Shown: positions 26,842-39,963 of the stretch, piece by piece
Layout of the letters: every line of letters starts with the position of its first letter
Numbering within the stretch: position 1 is the stretch's first letter
Origin: Octopus sinensis
Lineage: Eukaryota
NCBI RefSeq assembly: GCF_006345805.1
Contig: NC_042998.1
Span: 5,084,001-5,148,000 of the forward strand
DNA length: 64,000 nt
Direction: 5' to 3'
The notes under the pieces: generated by a model
What the model was told of the DNA's origin: nothing
Seen by the model: the letters and a program-made list of their open reading frames with translations, nothing else
Databases searched by the model: none
Translations under genes and position numbers: made by a program

Positions 26842-27999
26842 TTACTTGCATTTCGTAGGTGGCACTACTGATATTCTCTCAATTGTTCTTGATCACATCC
26901 AGAATAATGCGATTCTGATGACTGACGAAATTTCATTCCTCAAAATGTTAAAACCATTGGGTCACCGATCCTCTGATTCATCTTTCTTTCTCTTCTACTA
27001 TTACTTGTTAAACCAGTTCCCCCTTTATTTGTATATGTTTGTTTTTGTTGACATTTAATATTGATGAAATGCCAAGACCCATCTAATCATCTTTTCTGTT
27101 TGGGCATCAACTTAATAGAGATTATTTATCAACTTGTTGAATTTCACAAGTCCTTTAATTCCTGAAATGTTTAATGTGTTGTTTCTACTTTTCTGATTAA
27201 TTAGTAAAATGAAGTTTTTGAACTCTAGGAATACCTCTTTATTTTGTATACCTGAGGTACACAAGAGAAAACAGAGTATACACCTACTCCAGGTAGCATA
27301 ATAAAGACCTGCAACGCTACGTATTACTTTCTGCTCTATCTAGTATCTGGCTTCCAGTGGAAAGCCTATTATCTAAGTTAAATCGTACTGGGAGAAAATA
27401 TGTAAGGGAGTTAATAATTTAGTCCTTTCCGTGCAGAAAAACCGAAATAAGTGAAAGTGATATATTATGTGCTCTAATGAACGGTTTCAATTATAATGAT
27501 GTAATCCATTAATATTATATAACTCTGGAAAATCCCATAATTTAAATAGCAGGTATGCTGTTAAAATTATTCTTATATATTACAGATGCCTAAATATTTC
27601 CGATGCTAAAACATTGAAAAATTGAAAATTAGTAACATGTTGTTACATTATCTACATTAGATCTATATCATTACATCACTCTATATCACTCAGCAAGCAA
27701 TACAACTCCCATCCTATATCCTGCTGTGTTTTAGTGGTACTCTAATGCAGTTGCCAAACCATCCGTCTCAAAATAATACGAAAATATCAGTGCATTGATT
27801 ATACCACATTTATGCATAAACATAAATATTACAATATCAGATTTGTATCAGCTATAATTTTACAGTTTGAATGTTACACCTTCTCTACGTATAAATTGAA
27901 GCTGTTTTCTAAACTCTTTCTATTCTCTCTGCATGAAATATTTTCACTCAAATAACTGAATTTATATCGTAATTCCATTTAGTTATTCAAGATACGCAA

Positions 28000-28260
28000 T
28001 GTAACCAGTTCACCGTTACACTTGTTACCAGCATTGTTAAATACATAGATGCATATTGCAATATTAACATTAAAGGACACCACATCCAAGGAGGCTCTTA
28101 GAGAATATCTAAATCTATTAGAACGCAAAGGGAATAAACGCATTCGCTTCTGGTGCCACATTACAGCTGACAGTAACCATTTGATCATTGACAACAAATA
28201 GGTTCTATCAAAAAGCTCGTGCACGAAAGATACGCGTTAGGTTTACACCTAGCATACTGT
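28000..28260 (+). pseudogene. Possible Penelope-like RT remnant
   Basis: Fragments LVTS, EALREYL, SNHLIIDNK and VRFTPS occur in the order of the PLE RT motifs LVSxDV, NxFxFxxK, GxxxAP; multiple frameshifts. Confidence 0.4.
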
Positions 28261-28699
28261 GACTTGATATTATTCCGATATTTTTTAATACATTTTTTTC
28301 TAATTTCGTTCTAATATTTCTCTGGTATTTTTCTCACGTTTCTTGTTTTCTCAAACTATATAGCATTGTTTATATTTTTTACTACTGTTAATATTTTGAT
28401 ATTCATTTAAATTTTGATATTTGTGCATATCTTAATATTTGTTTCGTATTTCTGTTTTCAACGCATCTGTATATACTGATATTTGTAAAATATTGCAGAA
28501 TTTTGTTATTTCGATTTTAAATTTACATTGGGGCACCAGTGTTGTTTTCATATTTATCGTTATACATATTTTCCATTTTTCGTAATTGTTTTTAACTTTA
28601 GATCCCGAGGTGTCACAACAACATAGGGTATATTCTTACTTCCGATATCCTACGTAATACACACCTATTAATATGTTAGGTTATATTATTATCATTTTT

Positions 28700-29005
28700 T
28701 ATACGCCCTTTTCAAGCCTAACCAGGCTCATGGGCCCGGTTTCCCGGTTTCTGTGGCGTATGTGTTCCCCCCAGCTGGACGGGACGCCAGTCCATCTCAG
28801 CGTTACTCAGGAAACAGAAAGAAAGAGTGAGAGAAAGTTGTGGCGAAAGAGTAAAACAGGGGTCGCCATCACCCGCGGCCGGAGCCTCGTGGAGCTTTTA
28901 GGTGTTTTCACTCAATGAACACGCACAACGCCCGGTCTGGGAATCGAAACCGCGATTATCTGACCGCGAGTCCGCTGCCCTAACCACTGGGCCATTGCGC
29001 CTCCC
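28700..29005 (-). mobile_element. SINE family B (head/core B, tail T3)
   Basis: Same head and core as 1001-1180; the tail contains gatggactggcgtcccgtccag...cagaaaccggg. Flanking repeat tatattattat. Confidence 0.9.
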
Positions 29006-29509
29006 CTATATTATTATGGTTTTTATGTTATTCTGCCTTCTATAGCTCATATCATTTTTTTTCTATATGTTTGTCCGAGATGTATCAGAACGCATATTGA
29101 TCCCTCCAATACCAGTATGTAATCCGATATTTTTTACTTGAAGGTCTGTTCAATGTGCTCTTCATTACTGATGATCCTTTTTATGCATTTTACTCTTAAG
29201 AAAAAATCGCAGACACTTTTAAATTCTATCACCAACAGGTAACCTTCAAATGTAAGGAATCATTTCCATTATTCATGCACGGATTATTCATTCGCCTGGA
29301 TGATTTCGCTCAAGTACTTTCTTATTTTAATACTATTTCTTATTCTTTTTTCTTTTGATATTCACTCTAGATGTTGGTTTTCTTCACCGCTAATCTCTGA
29401 CACCCTTTTGTGAGTTGAGTTTATAAAATTCATTTCGGGTCCAATTTGGCTACTTATCCTTCACATTATTAATTCCCGATTATATGGAATATCAAATACT
29501 CGGTTTATA

Positions 29510-29741
29510 TATTTCTTTACTACCCACAAGGGGCTAAACGCAGAGGGGACAAACAAGGACAGACAAATGGATTAAGTCGATTATATCGACCGCAGTGCGT
29601 AACTGGTACTTAATTTATTGACCCCGAAAGGATGAAATGCAAAGTCGACCTCGGCGGAATTTGAACTCGGAACGTAACGACAGACGAAATATGGCTACGC
29701 ATTTCACCCGGTGCGCTAATGTTTGTGCCTGCTCGCCGCCC
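29510..29741 (-). mobile_element. SINE family C, tail C1
   Basis: Highly similar to 2348-2582; flanking repeat aatactc(g/t)gtttata. Confidence 0.92.
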
Positions 29742-30009
29742 TGAATACTCTGTTTATAGTTTTCTTAGTTGCATATTTGAAACACATCTTTCTTACATTT
29801 GCTTGTGTTCCATTGGTACACAGAAGTCGTGAAGCTATTCTTTCGGTACACTTGCTTCTCCGGTTAACGCTTTCAGCTAACTAGCGTACTCCCAATTTCG
29901 TCCACTACCCACCTACATTTTCTTCCCACTTTTCTATCATTTAAGCGGTACCATTATTTAATCCCAACCATACCGCTTAGATTCTGCTGTTTTAATTAAC
30001 TAAATTTAA

Positions 30010-30330
30010 TAAAGGGTAAAGACCCCCTTCGGTCATGAGTGACCATGGGTTTGCACCTAGAGAGTTACCCTCTGAGGCACAAGTCTGGGCAAGGTTGTTT
30101 TATGGAAGACCAGCAGTCGCCCATGCATACCGGCCTCCCCTCTCCACGCCACCAGTGTTATCCAAGGGAAAGACAAAGGTCGATACAGCTTGGCACCTGT
30201 GACGTCGCAACTCATTTCTACAGCTGAGTGAACTGGAGCAACGTGAAATAAAGTGTCTTGCTCAAGGATTCGAGCTCACAACCTCACGATCGTAAGCTCG
30301 ACGCTCTAACCACTGAGCCATGCGCCTTCA
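30010..30330 (-). mobile_element. tRNA-derived SINE family D (tail T4)
   Basis: Minus-strand head gaaggcgcatggctcagtggttagagcg, core ccttgagcaagacactttatttcacgttgctccagttcactcagctg, and a tail ending gggggtctttacccttt. Confidence 0.88.
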
Positions 30331-31859
30331 AGTATCTAATAATTAAGCCATTTTTCTTCATACTTAATCAAATTAAAATATAATTTCAAAAGTAATGTAA
30401 TTATATTGAAAATCTTGATATTTTACTTCACTCGTTGCCACGAATTCTGTATCGTATTTACCCACCTTTTCATAACATTTCGGCGTCGAGGGCCACTGAT
30501 GTATATTTTAATGTCTATAAACACTTTGTCATTCCCTTATCTCAGGCTCCAGTTGAATGGATATCAAACAGCTGTCGTCTGCGACAAGTTTCTTACCGGC
30601 GTCAAGCGTCATTATCGGCGTCTCCATCAATATCGCAATTACATCTCTGAACAGCTTACTCTTGAGTTTTATTGCTAGTAACTTTTCCGTACGCCGACCA
30701 CACCACTACACTCCTAATCATAGGGTTTTGGCACTACCGTTTATTTGCTTCTCTCTAATCAACATACCTCTGCCGTCAATTATCATCATCACTATTACCA
30801 TTTTTATTATTATTTCTAGCGTTTGCTTCTTGCTGTTTTTATTCCTTGTAGTACAAACAAAAACAATAATAATGGCTTCTGATATTTATTTATCAAATGA
30901 GAAAATAAAAGAAATCATTATTATTATTGTTATTGTTATTATTATTGGTGTTTTCATTATTGATGTCTCGTAATATCTCTAAATTCGCCTCAACTTATAT
31001 TTCAGATTTACTACTGACTAGTCTATTATTAAAACCTTTTCAGTGAGGCTTGTACCACTATGATTGCTTTTATTTTTGATGGTATTATTGTTATCCTTTC
31101 AACCATCCGTCCACTATTCCCAGAAGAACCGTGATTGTAGAGTTCTCATGCAGCTCATTCATAGGGTCACCAGATTTTCCGGTTGGTTTCCCACGCATGA
31201 CCAGCTGACACTCTAGTTCCATCCAACCGACTTATTCTTATTTTACTCTTAGGTCTCCTGCTAGTTGAAGAGGCTTGAATAATCTCTCTTACGATTTTTC
31301 CCAATGACATTGTAATCTTGTCCTCTTAAGGGAGATGTGACTTCTCAATGATCGACCTAATCTCGAAGCTACGCAACTTAGTCAAGAAGGTTGCTACCGC
31401 TGTTGTTACTGCTGGTAATATCGTTGTTGTTGTTCCTTATTTTCGTATTCATCGTCATCTTATCACGCTTTATAAACAACGCAGAAGACATGTTCGCAAC
31501 TCAGTACGAAAACACACAACTTACTAATTAGTCATATGAAGATCAACCCCGATATTTTCTATAACTCATATTCCATAAATTTTCATGCTGAATCTACAAT
31601 AGAATGAATTGTACGGAAACAGTTGGTGGCAGGTGTGTAGGTTATTTCCTCGCTAAAATCACAATCTTTTAGAGCCTTATTATATACTGGGGTAACGCTA
31701 TTAAGCATGTCCTTATCGGAGGAGAGGCTAGAAATTCTCTTTCTAATGATTTTAACTATTTTTTTTTACATTATAGGTGGATGGCAGGAATCTACATTAA
31801 TATAACTAGTTCTATCATTGGGCTTCCTTTAAGGCTTATAAATGTCCGTCATGTTTGTT

Positions 31860-32352
31860 ATTCGCTGCATGAAAGATTAGCAGCCCAATTGAATGAGTGT
31901 GTCCAGAAAGGCACAGTCCCCGCGTGGATGGTGACTAGGAGGACAACACTTACAATGAAAGATAGAAGGAAGGGAAATATTGTGAGAAACTACCGCCCGA
32001 TAGTATACCTAGACATAATCTAGAAGATACTCACTAGAATATGTGCGGCAAAGACATATACTTTCTTGGCACTTCGAATTGAAAGCGGAAAATCAAGACT
32101 GTATGGAATGCGAGAGGGTAATGTAAAAGAGAGACCAGTGGTGATGGGAGCGTTGGACTCAATCCCATTGAAACTTCAAGACTTCTTAAGGCATCTGGAA
32201 ATCCCATGCAAGATTGATGTCTTACAAAAAACAGACTTATTGGGCACAGCGATCATCTCAAGGAAAGTATTATCTGTGTGAGGTCTTTGTTGTGACTTGA
32301 CAGATGACTAAGGTCTCCGGTGCATTTTAACCTGCACTCAGTTTCGTAGAAT
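31860..32352 (+). mobile_element. Dong/R4-clade LINE, internally deleted (RT start fused to C-terminus and 3' UTR)
   Basis: LHERLAAQLNEC..VPAWMV..RTTL..KD..KGN..NYRPI, then PVVMGAL...LQKT.LLGTA.I.RKVL*, followed by (TAA)n. Confidence 0.85.
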
Positions 32353-32461
32353 AATAATAATTGTAATAACAAGTATATTAAAACAAGATAATAATAATAA
32401 TATAATAATAATAATAATAATAATATAATAATAATAATAATAATAATAATGATAATAATAA

Positions 32462-32940
32462 TATGGTGGCGATAATAAGCAAAATGGCAGAGTCGGATAC
32501 TAGCAAAATCCTGTGGGATTACCCCATCCTAACAGATCAGGTGCTCGAGCATAACAGACTGGATCTAGTGGTGGTGGACAACATTACCATAAGTGCTGAT
32601 GTTGCATGCCCCTTTGACCCTCGGACAGTCAAGGAGGAAGGCGATAAATAGATAAATATAACCCTCCGAAATAGCTTTGCTATGAAAAATGAGGAAAGTG
32701 AAAATAGTGCCAGTTAGTGTTGGGACCTTGGGGACAGTATCAGAAGGGATCTAGAGGAATATAAAAGAACTTAGAATAGAGTGCCAAGTAGGACTGTTAC
32801 AAAAGATTTGCCTCCTTGGCACGGCGAGAATAATCAGGCAAGTATTAGATAGCTGAAAAGAACAGATAGCATGGTACCGTAGCCAGCTACACATGCAAGA
32901 CTCCAGTAGTTCCAACAAAACCTGAGGTAAAATTAAATAA
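32462..32940 (+). mobile_element. Dong/R4-clade LINE 3' fragment (restriction-like endonuclease region)
   Basis: KILWDYPILTDQVLEHNRLDLVVVD...DVACPFD, VPVSVGTLG and LLQKICLLGTARIIRQVLD; embedded in (TAA)n. Confidence 0.88.
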
Positions 32941-33392
32941 TCATAGTAATAATAATAACAACCACAAAAACAATAATAATTATAAGAGTAATAAAACCAT
33001 CATAATAATAATAATAATGACAAATTAATAATAATCATCGTTCTCATCAAACTCACCTACATTATTATCACCATCATAATATATTATCAAAGAAATTATC
33101 ACCATCGTTGTTATCTTCATTGTGAACAGCATCATGGATATCATTGTCAATAATACTTCCTTGTCGTAGTCGCCAAACCTCTTTCTCCTCAAATTATTCA
33201 TAATTATCATTTCGATATCGACAATTGTTACACGAAAGTGAAATACCATTCACTCCCGAAGAGATAATCGATAGTTCCATATACCAATTAACTGGGAGAT
33301 AAAATTTTGACGTGAATTTCTGTTATCGTAAGTATATCTATATGTGTACCGGTAGGGTATTTCCTGTGTGGGGTGTATACATACATGCATAC

Positions 33393-33394
<2 letters not shown>

Positions 33395-33427
<33 letters not shown>

Positions 33428-33679
33428 CATACATATACATATATATAGTGTTATATATATATATACACATCTATACATAAATATCTATATATATATACAT
33501 ACATATAATATATATATATATATGCATATATATATACATACATATATACACATATATATATATATATATAATATACATATATATATATATACATATACAT
33601 ATACATATATATATACATATGTTTATATATAAATACATACATACATATATGTATATATATATATATACATACGTATATA

Positions 33680-33727
<48 letters not shown>

Positions 33728-33732
33728 ACATA
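33395..33732. repeat. (TA)n/(TACA)n microsatellite array
   Basis: Directly visible. Confidence 0.95.
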
Positions 33733-33920
33733 TAAGAAATTAAAAAGGAAAATACGCACACTTACATAGTTTTAATATAATTTTTAATATATCGACCGGT
33801 TTCGCTATTGCTATTCATGATATTATCTTTTACTTATTTGAATATATAGTTTTTCTTAAGAAGAAATTTTGTCCATGTTGTATGTGATGAAGTTTACGAG
33901 TAAATATATATATATTTATA

Positions 33921-34284
33921 CTAGCACTATGACCCGTCAACGCCGGGTCATAGTGCTAGTGCATGCATATACAGCTGCGTGCGTGCGCACATACACGCGA
34001 TTACTGTCCAAATCTCCGACCAATCACATACAGCTAGCTGGCATTCAATTGGGCTATCAAGTTTTGGGCATTTTGATTGGGTTTTGGATAGAAAATTCAC
34101 AAAAACGTCACTTCTGCTGATTTTTTAATGGTTTTGCTGGGTGACTGGGGAAATGTAAGAATGTGCCCGACCATCCTTCGACAGTTGTGAATAACCATAG
34201 AAAGTGTGAGCCCTCTAACTGAAAAATTGTGGATTTGTATAAGGGACACACACACAAACATTTTGCCGTTTATATATATGGAGA
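33921..34284 (-). mobile_element. Non-autonomous Helitron (~360 bp)
   Basis: Minus strand A|TCtccatatatataaacggc... ending in a hairpin and CTAG|T. Confidence 0.85.
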
Positions 34285-34737
34285 TTACACATATGCGATC
34301 TCATTGGGCTATTCCTGCTTTCCCTGTTGTATATTTCGCTATTTATAGAGGCACGACGATCTAGCTAGTGAATTTAAATAGGAAATAGCTTACGCACCTA
34401 GTATTAGACCAGAAATAAGGAAACAAAAATATAAACACAGAAAAATTATCTGATTTACACCCCCTTATTCTCTTGAAGTGACCTTTAATATAGGTTAATA
34501 TTTCTGGTCACTTATAGATGGAGATTATCCATTACCCCACAAATACACATCAAACCTTCTCTCTCCTTCTTCAGCTTTTCTTCAGCCATGTCTCACTCCT
34601 ACGTTCTACTATTTGCTGCAACTATCATTGGGAATCTCTCATGCAACACCTTCTCCTTCCAGTCAGATCATTTCTGTTCTCTTTCCTGGTTTTTAACTTC
34701 GTTTGGGTTTTGGTTTCCTTGTGTCTTGCTGTGAATC

Positions 34738-34900
34738 CATTATTATTATTATTATTATTCTATGTTTGACTTTTGCTTTCTGTTTGTACAAGTTCGCTCC
34801 AAGTCTCACCCAGAGACCTCAAGAGACAACAGGTTGAAAGTTCACGTTGTTGTTATGCCTAGTGTGCCATATATTTTTTTTGTTGTACTAGTGAATGTCT
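34738..34900 (-). mobile_element. 3' end of a Dong/R4-like LINE
   Basis: Minus strand ...gaggtctctgggtgagacttgga... followed by a (TAA)n tail, similar to gaggtctttgttgtgacttga at 32280. Confidence 0.6.
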
Positions 34901-34941
34901 AATAAATAAATTTTAAAAAAAAGAAAAATAATTTTTTTTAA

Positions 34942-34983
<42 letters not shown>

Positions 34984-36372
34984 CATCATCATCATCATCG
35001 TTATCATCATCATTATTATTGTTGTTCTTGTTCTTGTTCTTGACCATTTTGTTCATCATGTTCGAGTACGTGTGTATTCACCATTAATTTTCTTTATTTT
35101 AATCAGTTTTTGTAAAATGGAAGTATGTCTTTAACAATTGCGGAGCATATTGATTTTATTTTATGCGTGACGTTTGACCCACTCTGTATATTTTTTCGTA
35201 TATCAATCACAGATTTTATCAAATCGACTTTTTTTGTACAAAGTTCGTCTCGGTAAAACATTTCATTTTTGCCACCGTACCTATCAAAGTATTTCTATGA
35301 TCAAAAGACCAGGATTCATTTAGGTCAACACTTGATATGTCACAAATCTCAAGGCACTGAAAAAACTAAATACTTAAAACCATTTATACAGACATATATA
35401 TTTATACCTACGTACATATATATAAATAAATGAAGACAGCTAGATTGTGGTTCACCACAGCTGCTGCAGGCGTGCTTTTTATTGATAAGCAGAAGTGTTA
35501 TCATGCAACAAAAAACCCGTTTTTATCAGGTGAATACAAGTAAGAATTAAACACTTTGAACTTCTCAAGAACAAGTATACAAGTCTCTAACGATCCAAAT
35601 TCGGTCAGAGGATTAAGAGTTTAAGTTAGCATCAAGTTTGTAAGGAGGAACTCCTTAAATGGCCTAAATCGGGGAAGTGTGTGGATGGAGAAGTATGAAG
35701 AAGTAAGTAGGAGAAATATTGAAGCGGGGAGAGAGGACGGAACACAATGCATGATCTCGTTTGATCACGTTAAATGTTGTAAAATAACATTAGAAGACTT
35801 ATGACATACTCTGACTTGACGAATAATATCCGGATTGTTGAAATGACTACACTTGTAAAACATACGATAAAAGCGCACGAAAATCACTGCCGAAAGCATA
35901 AAAAGTTTGAGATGGTTCACATGGTAGGATGTTGGCATGCACATTAATTCCAGTGGGTGTTGGATGTCTTGGATTTATTGCTACACCTACAATGTCCTAG
36001 TTTGTTAGGAGTGTATTTAAAGAGGATAACAAAACAAGGATTGACGAAATACAGTGGGAAGCACAAATCGTTTCATTGTTTAATATAGCAGAGTTTATGA
36101 ACGGAAGATGAAATGTGAGTGCATGGAACACATCCTCAGCAATAATAAAACAAATTTACGGAATGATTGTCATATTTAAAACACCCCATAAATAAGCAGT
36201 TGACAACGAAAGAGGCGTGGTTCCATGTGCACCAAGATGAACTGAATAATACCTGGTACTGCTAAAAATTGTATTCCTGTTTGTTGGTGTCGAAAGCACA
36301 TGAATAGAAAATCCCATAGGTGTTATTTAAATCGGAGTACAAAATAATAAAGGAACAACACAATAACAGACT

Positions 36373-36560
36373 GGAGGTGCGTGGTTCAAGTGTGTTGCAC
36401 TTATGATATTTAGGTTGTAGTTTCGACTCCTTGCCCGGAAGATGTGTTGTGTTATTGAGCAAAATACTTCATTTGATATTGCACCAGCTTCCATTAAACC
36501 GTCAAGATTAAGTAACCCTGTAAGTAACCGACGTCCTCCCGTCCAGGTAGTGGGGTATAT
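36373..36560 (+). mobile_element. Old SINE with a D-like head/core and a T3-like domain
   Basis: gtgttattgagcaaaatacttcatttgatattgcaccag...gtaaccctgtaagtaaccgacgtcctcccgtccagg. Confidence 0.55.
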
Positions 36561-37986
36561 ATGTATATATATAAGGATAAGATAATTAAATATAAAATAA
36601 AATAACGATTTTATCAAGTGGTCAGCATGGAAAAAAATAACCTTCAAAGGTGATAATTATAAAAATTATATATATATATATATATGCCACAGTATCTTGG
36701 AAAACGGTTTTATGATCTTATAGCCCGGGAACAGCCCTTGATCCTTTTTTTTTTATTTCTATGCTCCAATTATTTAAACTACTAAAAGACTACATAAACA
36801 AGTTTATCAGTATGCAGCTTATGGCGCGCATTTATGGCATATTTATTTGAATAAACGTGTGTGGGTATATATTATACTACCTCCTCTTGTTCATATGAAT
36901 GTAAATGATTCAAATCATAAAAATATTATCATATATATTTCGCATTGTTGAAGCAACATTTGCAGCCAGCAACATTGGATTAAAGAATCTAGATTTAGTT
37001 TTCAATCTTTTGTGTTACCAAAACTGACCAGAATGTGTTATCATTTCATTTATAGACGTTGAAAAACGTTTATTTGTTTAACTGGATATAGATATGATAC
37101 AATTGTCTTGTAAAGTTTATATCATACTTGTTATCTTCTATTTGTTTGTTTTGGCTTTGTGGGGAATCTTTTCCGACAATTTACAATCGGGTGTGTTTAT
37201 TTTGCACCTCTATCTCGCAATTTACCATATCTTCTTATAAGAACACGTGTGTAGCATATATTATATATATATATATACATATGTGTGTAAGTGGCTGTGT
37301 ATGTACATACATAAATAGATATACAAATATACACATACACACATATATACTTAACATATATATGTATATATATACTTACAGACATGTATATATATATATA
37401 TATACTTACAGGCACGCAGACACACAGACACATACGTATGTGTGTAAAAATGCGTTGTTATTTTTAGAAAAAACAGCTATTTCGATTTTAGTATAACTTA
37501 TTATTGATTTTCCGTACTTTTATATTCCTTTATGCTTAATTTCATTCAATACATGGGCATTTTCATGGATACCTTTTACACGGTAAAATAAAATCATATT
37601 TCTAGTAGATAATACCTGTTCGTGGTTCAAACCATGCATTGTGTAACTTATTGTTACGTGCTTTAATGACTTCTTGTGGCAAATGTAGGAGTAGGCAAGA
37701 AGTTTATTTGTATATAGGAGTGAGTGTAAACGTGTGTGTAGGTTCGCATGTGCGTGTACATATATTTGTGGATTCGTGTGCATAAATTGTGCACATGAGT
37801 ACAGGCAAGTTCAAAACCGATATAAATTCTACAACGTTGACAAAATACGTTACTATAAATCATTTCTACTGCTACTCTGTTATCTCATAGGTAGACTGAT
37901 CATCCACAAGATACTATTCCCAAATATAACCAGAGTCCGTATGGCGATAACACTTAATTAGAGCTGGATGAAGAAGGGTTATAGAC

Positions 37987-38199
37987 ATACTCTTTACTCT
38001 TTACTCTTTTACTTGTTTCAGTCATTTGACTGCGGCCATACTGGAGCACCGCCTTTTAGTCGAGCAAATCGACCCCGGGACTTATTCTTTGTAAGCCTAG
38101 TACTTATTCTATCGGTCGCTTTTGCCGAACCGCTAAGTGACGGGGATATAAACACACCAGCATCGGTTGTCAAGCAATGCTAGGGGGACAAACACATAT

Positions 38200-38253
<54 letters not shown>

Positions 38254-38407
38254 GACAGGCTTCTTTCAGTTTCCGTCTACCAAATCCACTCACAAGGCAT
38301 TGGTCGGCCCGGGGCTATAGCAGAAGGCACTCGCCCAAGATGCCACGCAGTGGGACTGAACCCGGAACCATGTGGTTGGTTAGCAAGCTACTTACCACAC
38401 AGCCACA
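37987..38407 (-). mobile_element. SINE family A
   Basis: Reverse complement of 467-901 and 55101-55517. Confidence 0.92.
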
Positions 38408-38866
38408 TTCAAGAGAAATGTTTCAGAAAAGATTATCTATTTTTAAATCTACTGATATTAGAAGAACCTGGATTAACCCACCCTAATAAGAAACCAAAGG
38501 TTTTGACATTGAATGTGATTAATGAAGACATGAAACATTTTGTATACTCTCTCAGTAACTGAAAGTAGTTTCTAGAAGGTATTGAAGAAGTAAACAAGAA
38601 ATAGCATGAAAGCTCTATCATGTTTTAAAAAATTGTATAATGATCGGAGATTTACAGGAGTATATCAGAAAAGTGGCGTCCCTTACCTATATTGAGAAAA
38701 AGAGTTTAAATACTACGCAATTCGACTAAATGGCCTGCTCGCTGGAGATGCTTGTCTAGACCTTGTAAAGATATAAGAATTCTAGTGAAATAAATGCACT
38801 GATTACAAAAATATAAACATTACATTTCTAAATATCTCACAGAGATATAAACAGTAGTGGTACGAT

Positions 38867-39201
38867 AGAGTAGTTGTATACTGTCAACTTAATGTGTCAG
38901 TCCCATGAAGTGAATCACACCACTGCTATTTAGCCCAAGGAAACATCAACACTTCCTGTCGGCCTTGGCACATTTCCTGTGTTCCTATTTTTACAAGTAC
39001 TCCTAACTGATGACGAGCAAGGCTCAGAAACTAGTCTCTGATTGCAGGCTTTGCTAGGTGGGGGTGATTGTCTCCCTGTTGTAAACATAAGTTCACAGGA
39101 AATGTGTCAAGGCCGACATGAAGCGTTGCTGCTTCCTAGGGCTAAATAGCAGTGGTGTGATTCCCTTCATGGGCCTGTCACATTAAGTTGACAGTATAAA
39201 A

Positions 39202-39210
<9 letters not shown>
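38867..39210. mobile_element. Fold-back element (~115-bp inverted arms) with a hammerhead-like core in the spacer
   Basis: Arms at 38867-38981 and 39094-39210. CTGATGA 39007-39013, GAGC/GCTC stem, GAAA 39027-39030, CTAG-TC. Confidence 0.8.
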
Positions 39211-39283
<73 letters not shown>

Positions 39284-39317
39284 TATATAGGAAAAAAGCA
39301 ACAAGAATGGATCAATA

Positions 39318-39406
39318 TTTCGGTACAATTGTTTCGTACGAAGACATCTTTAATAAGGCTACAACAATTGCAGTAAATATAGGTGACTCGTACTCATCAG
39401 CCGAAA
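39318..39406 (-). ncRNA. Type I minimal hammerhead ribozyme (minus-strand copy)
   Basis: Reverse complement reads UUUCGG-CUGAUGA-GUACGA..UCGUAC-GAAA-CAAUUG-UA-CCGAAA. Confidence 0.8.
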
Positions 39407-39671
39407 AAAACATCTGAGATTCCCAAACATCAAAGGGGGTGATGTTACACTCGTGAAACGTCATGGAAAGTTCTATAAAAATGAGATTTAGATAACAAAT
39501 TGGTTTCTAAAAGTTGGAAAATTTTTTTTAAAAAACTGATATATGACTGTGCAATACTAATAGAACTTTTAGAAACCAATTTGTTATCTAAATCTCATTT
39601 TTATAGAACTTTCCATGATGTTTCACGAGTGTAACATCACCCCCTTTGATGTTTTGGAATCTCAGATGTTT

Positions 39672-39760
39672 TTTCGGCTGATGAGTACGAGTCACCTATA
39701 TTTACTGCAATTTTTGTAGTCTTATTAAAGATGTCATCGTACGAAACAATTGTACCGAAA
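39672..39760 (+). ncRNA. Type I minimal hammerhead ribozyme (plus-strand copy)
   Basis: Stem I tttcgg 39672-77 / ccgaaa 39755-60; CTGATGA 39678-84; stem II gtacga / tcgtac; GAAA 39743-46; palindromic helix III ACAATTGT; GUA cleavage triplet 39752-54. Confidence 0.82.
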
Positions 39761-39911
39761 TATTGATCCATTCTTGTTGCTTTTTTCCTATTTATAATCC
39801 CCCCACTTTGTCGTATGGTTAACACCATATAGATTTCTGGTGCATCCAAGTTAAGTACCATATTCATGTGAATTCAACAGAACTCACTTGAATCTTAATC
39901 GCTTGTACATA

Positions 39912-39963
<52 letters not shown>

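Larger units (their letters stand above)
39288..39790. mobile_element. Fold-back Penelope-like non-autonomous element with ~228-bp near-perfect inverted arms
   Basis: 39288-39515 is the reverse complement of 39564-39790 with only a handful of mismatches; 48-bp spacer; adjoins (TA)n. Confidence 0.92.

Noticed and set aside
35460-36270. Possible Penelope RT/GIY-YIG relic
   Set aside because: Composition is suggestive, but I could not read a convincing motif.
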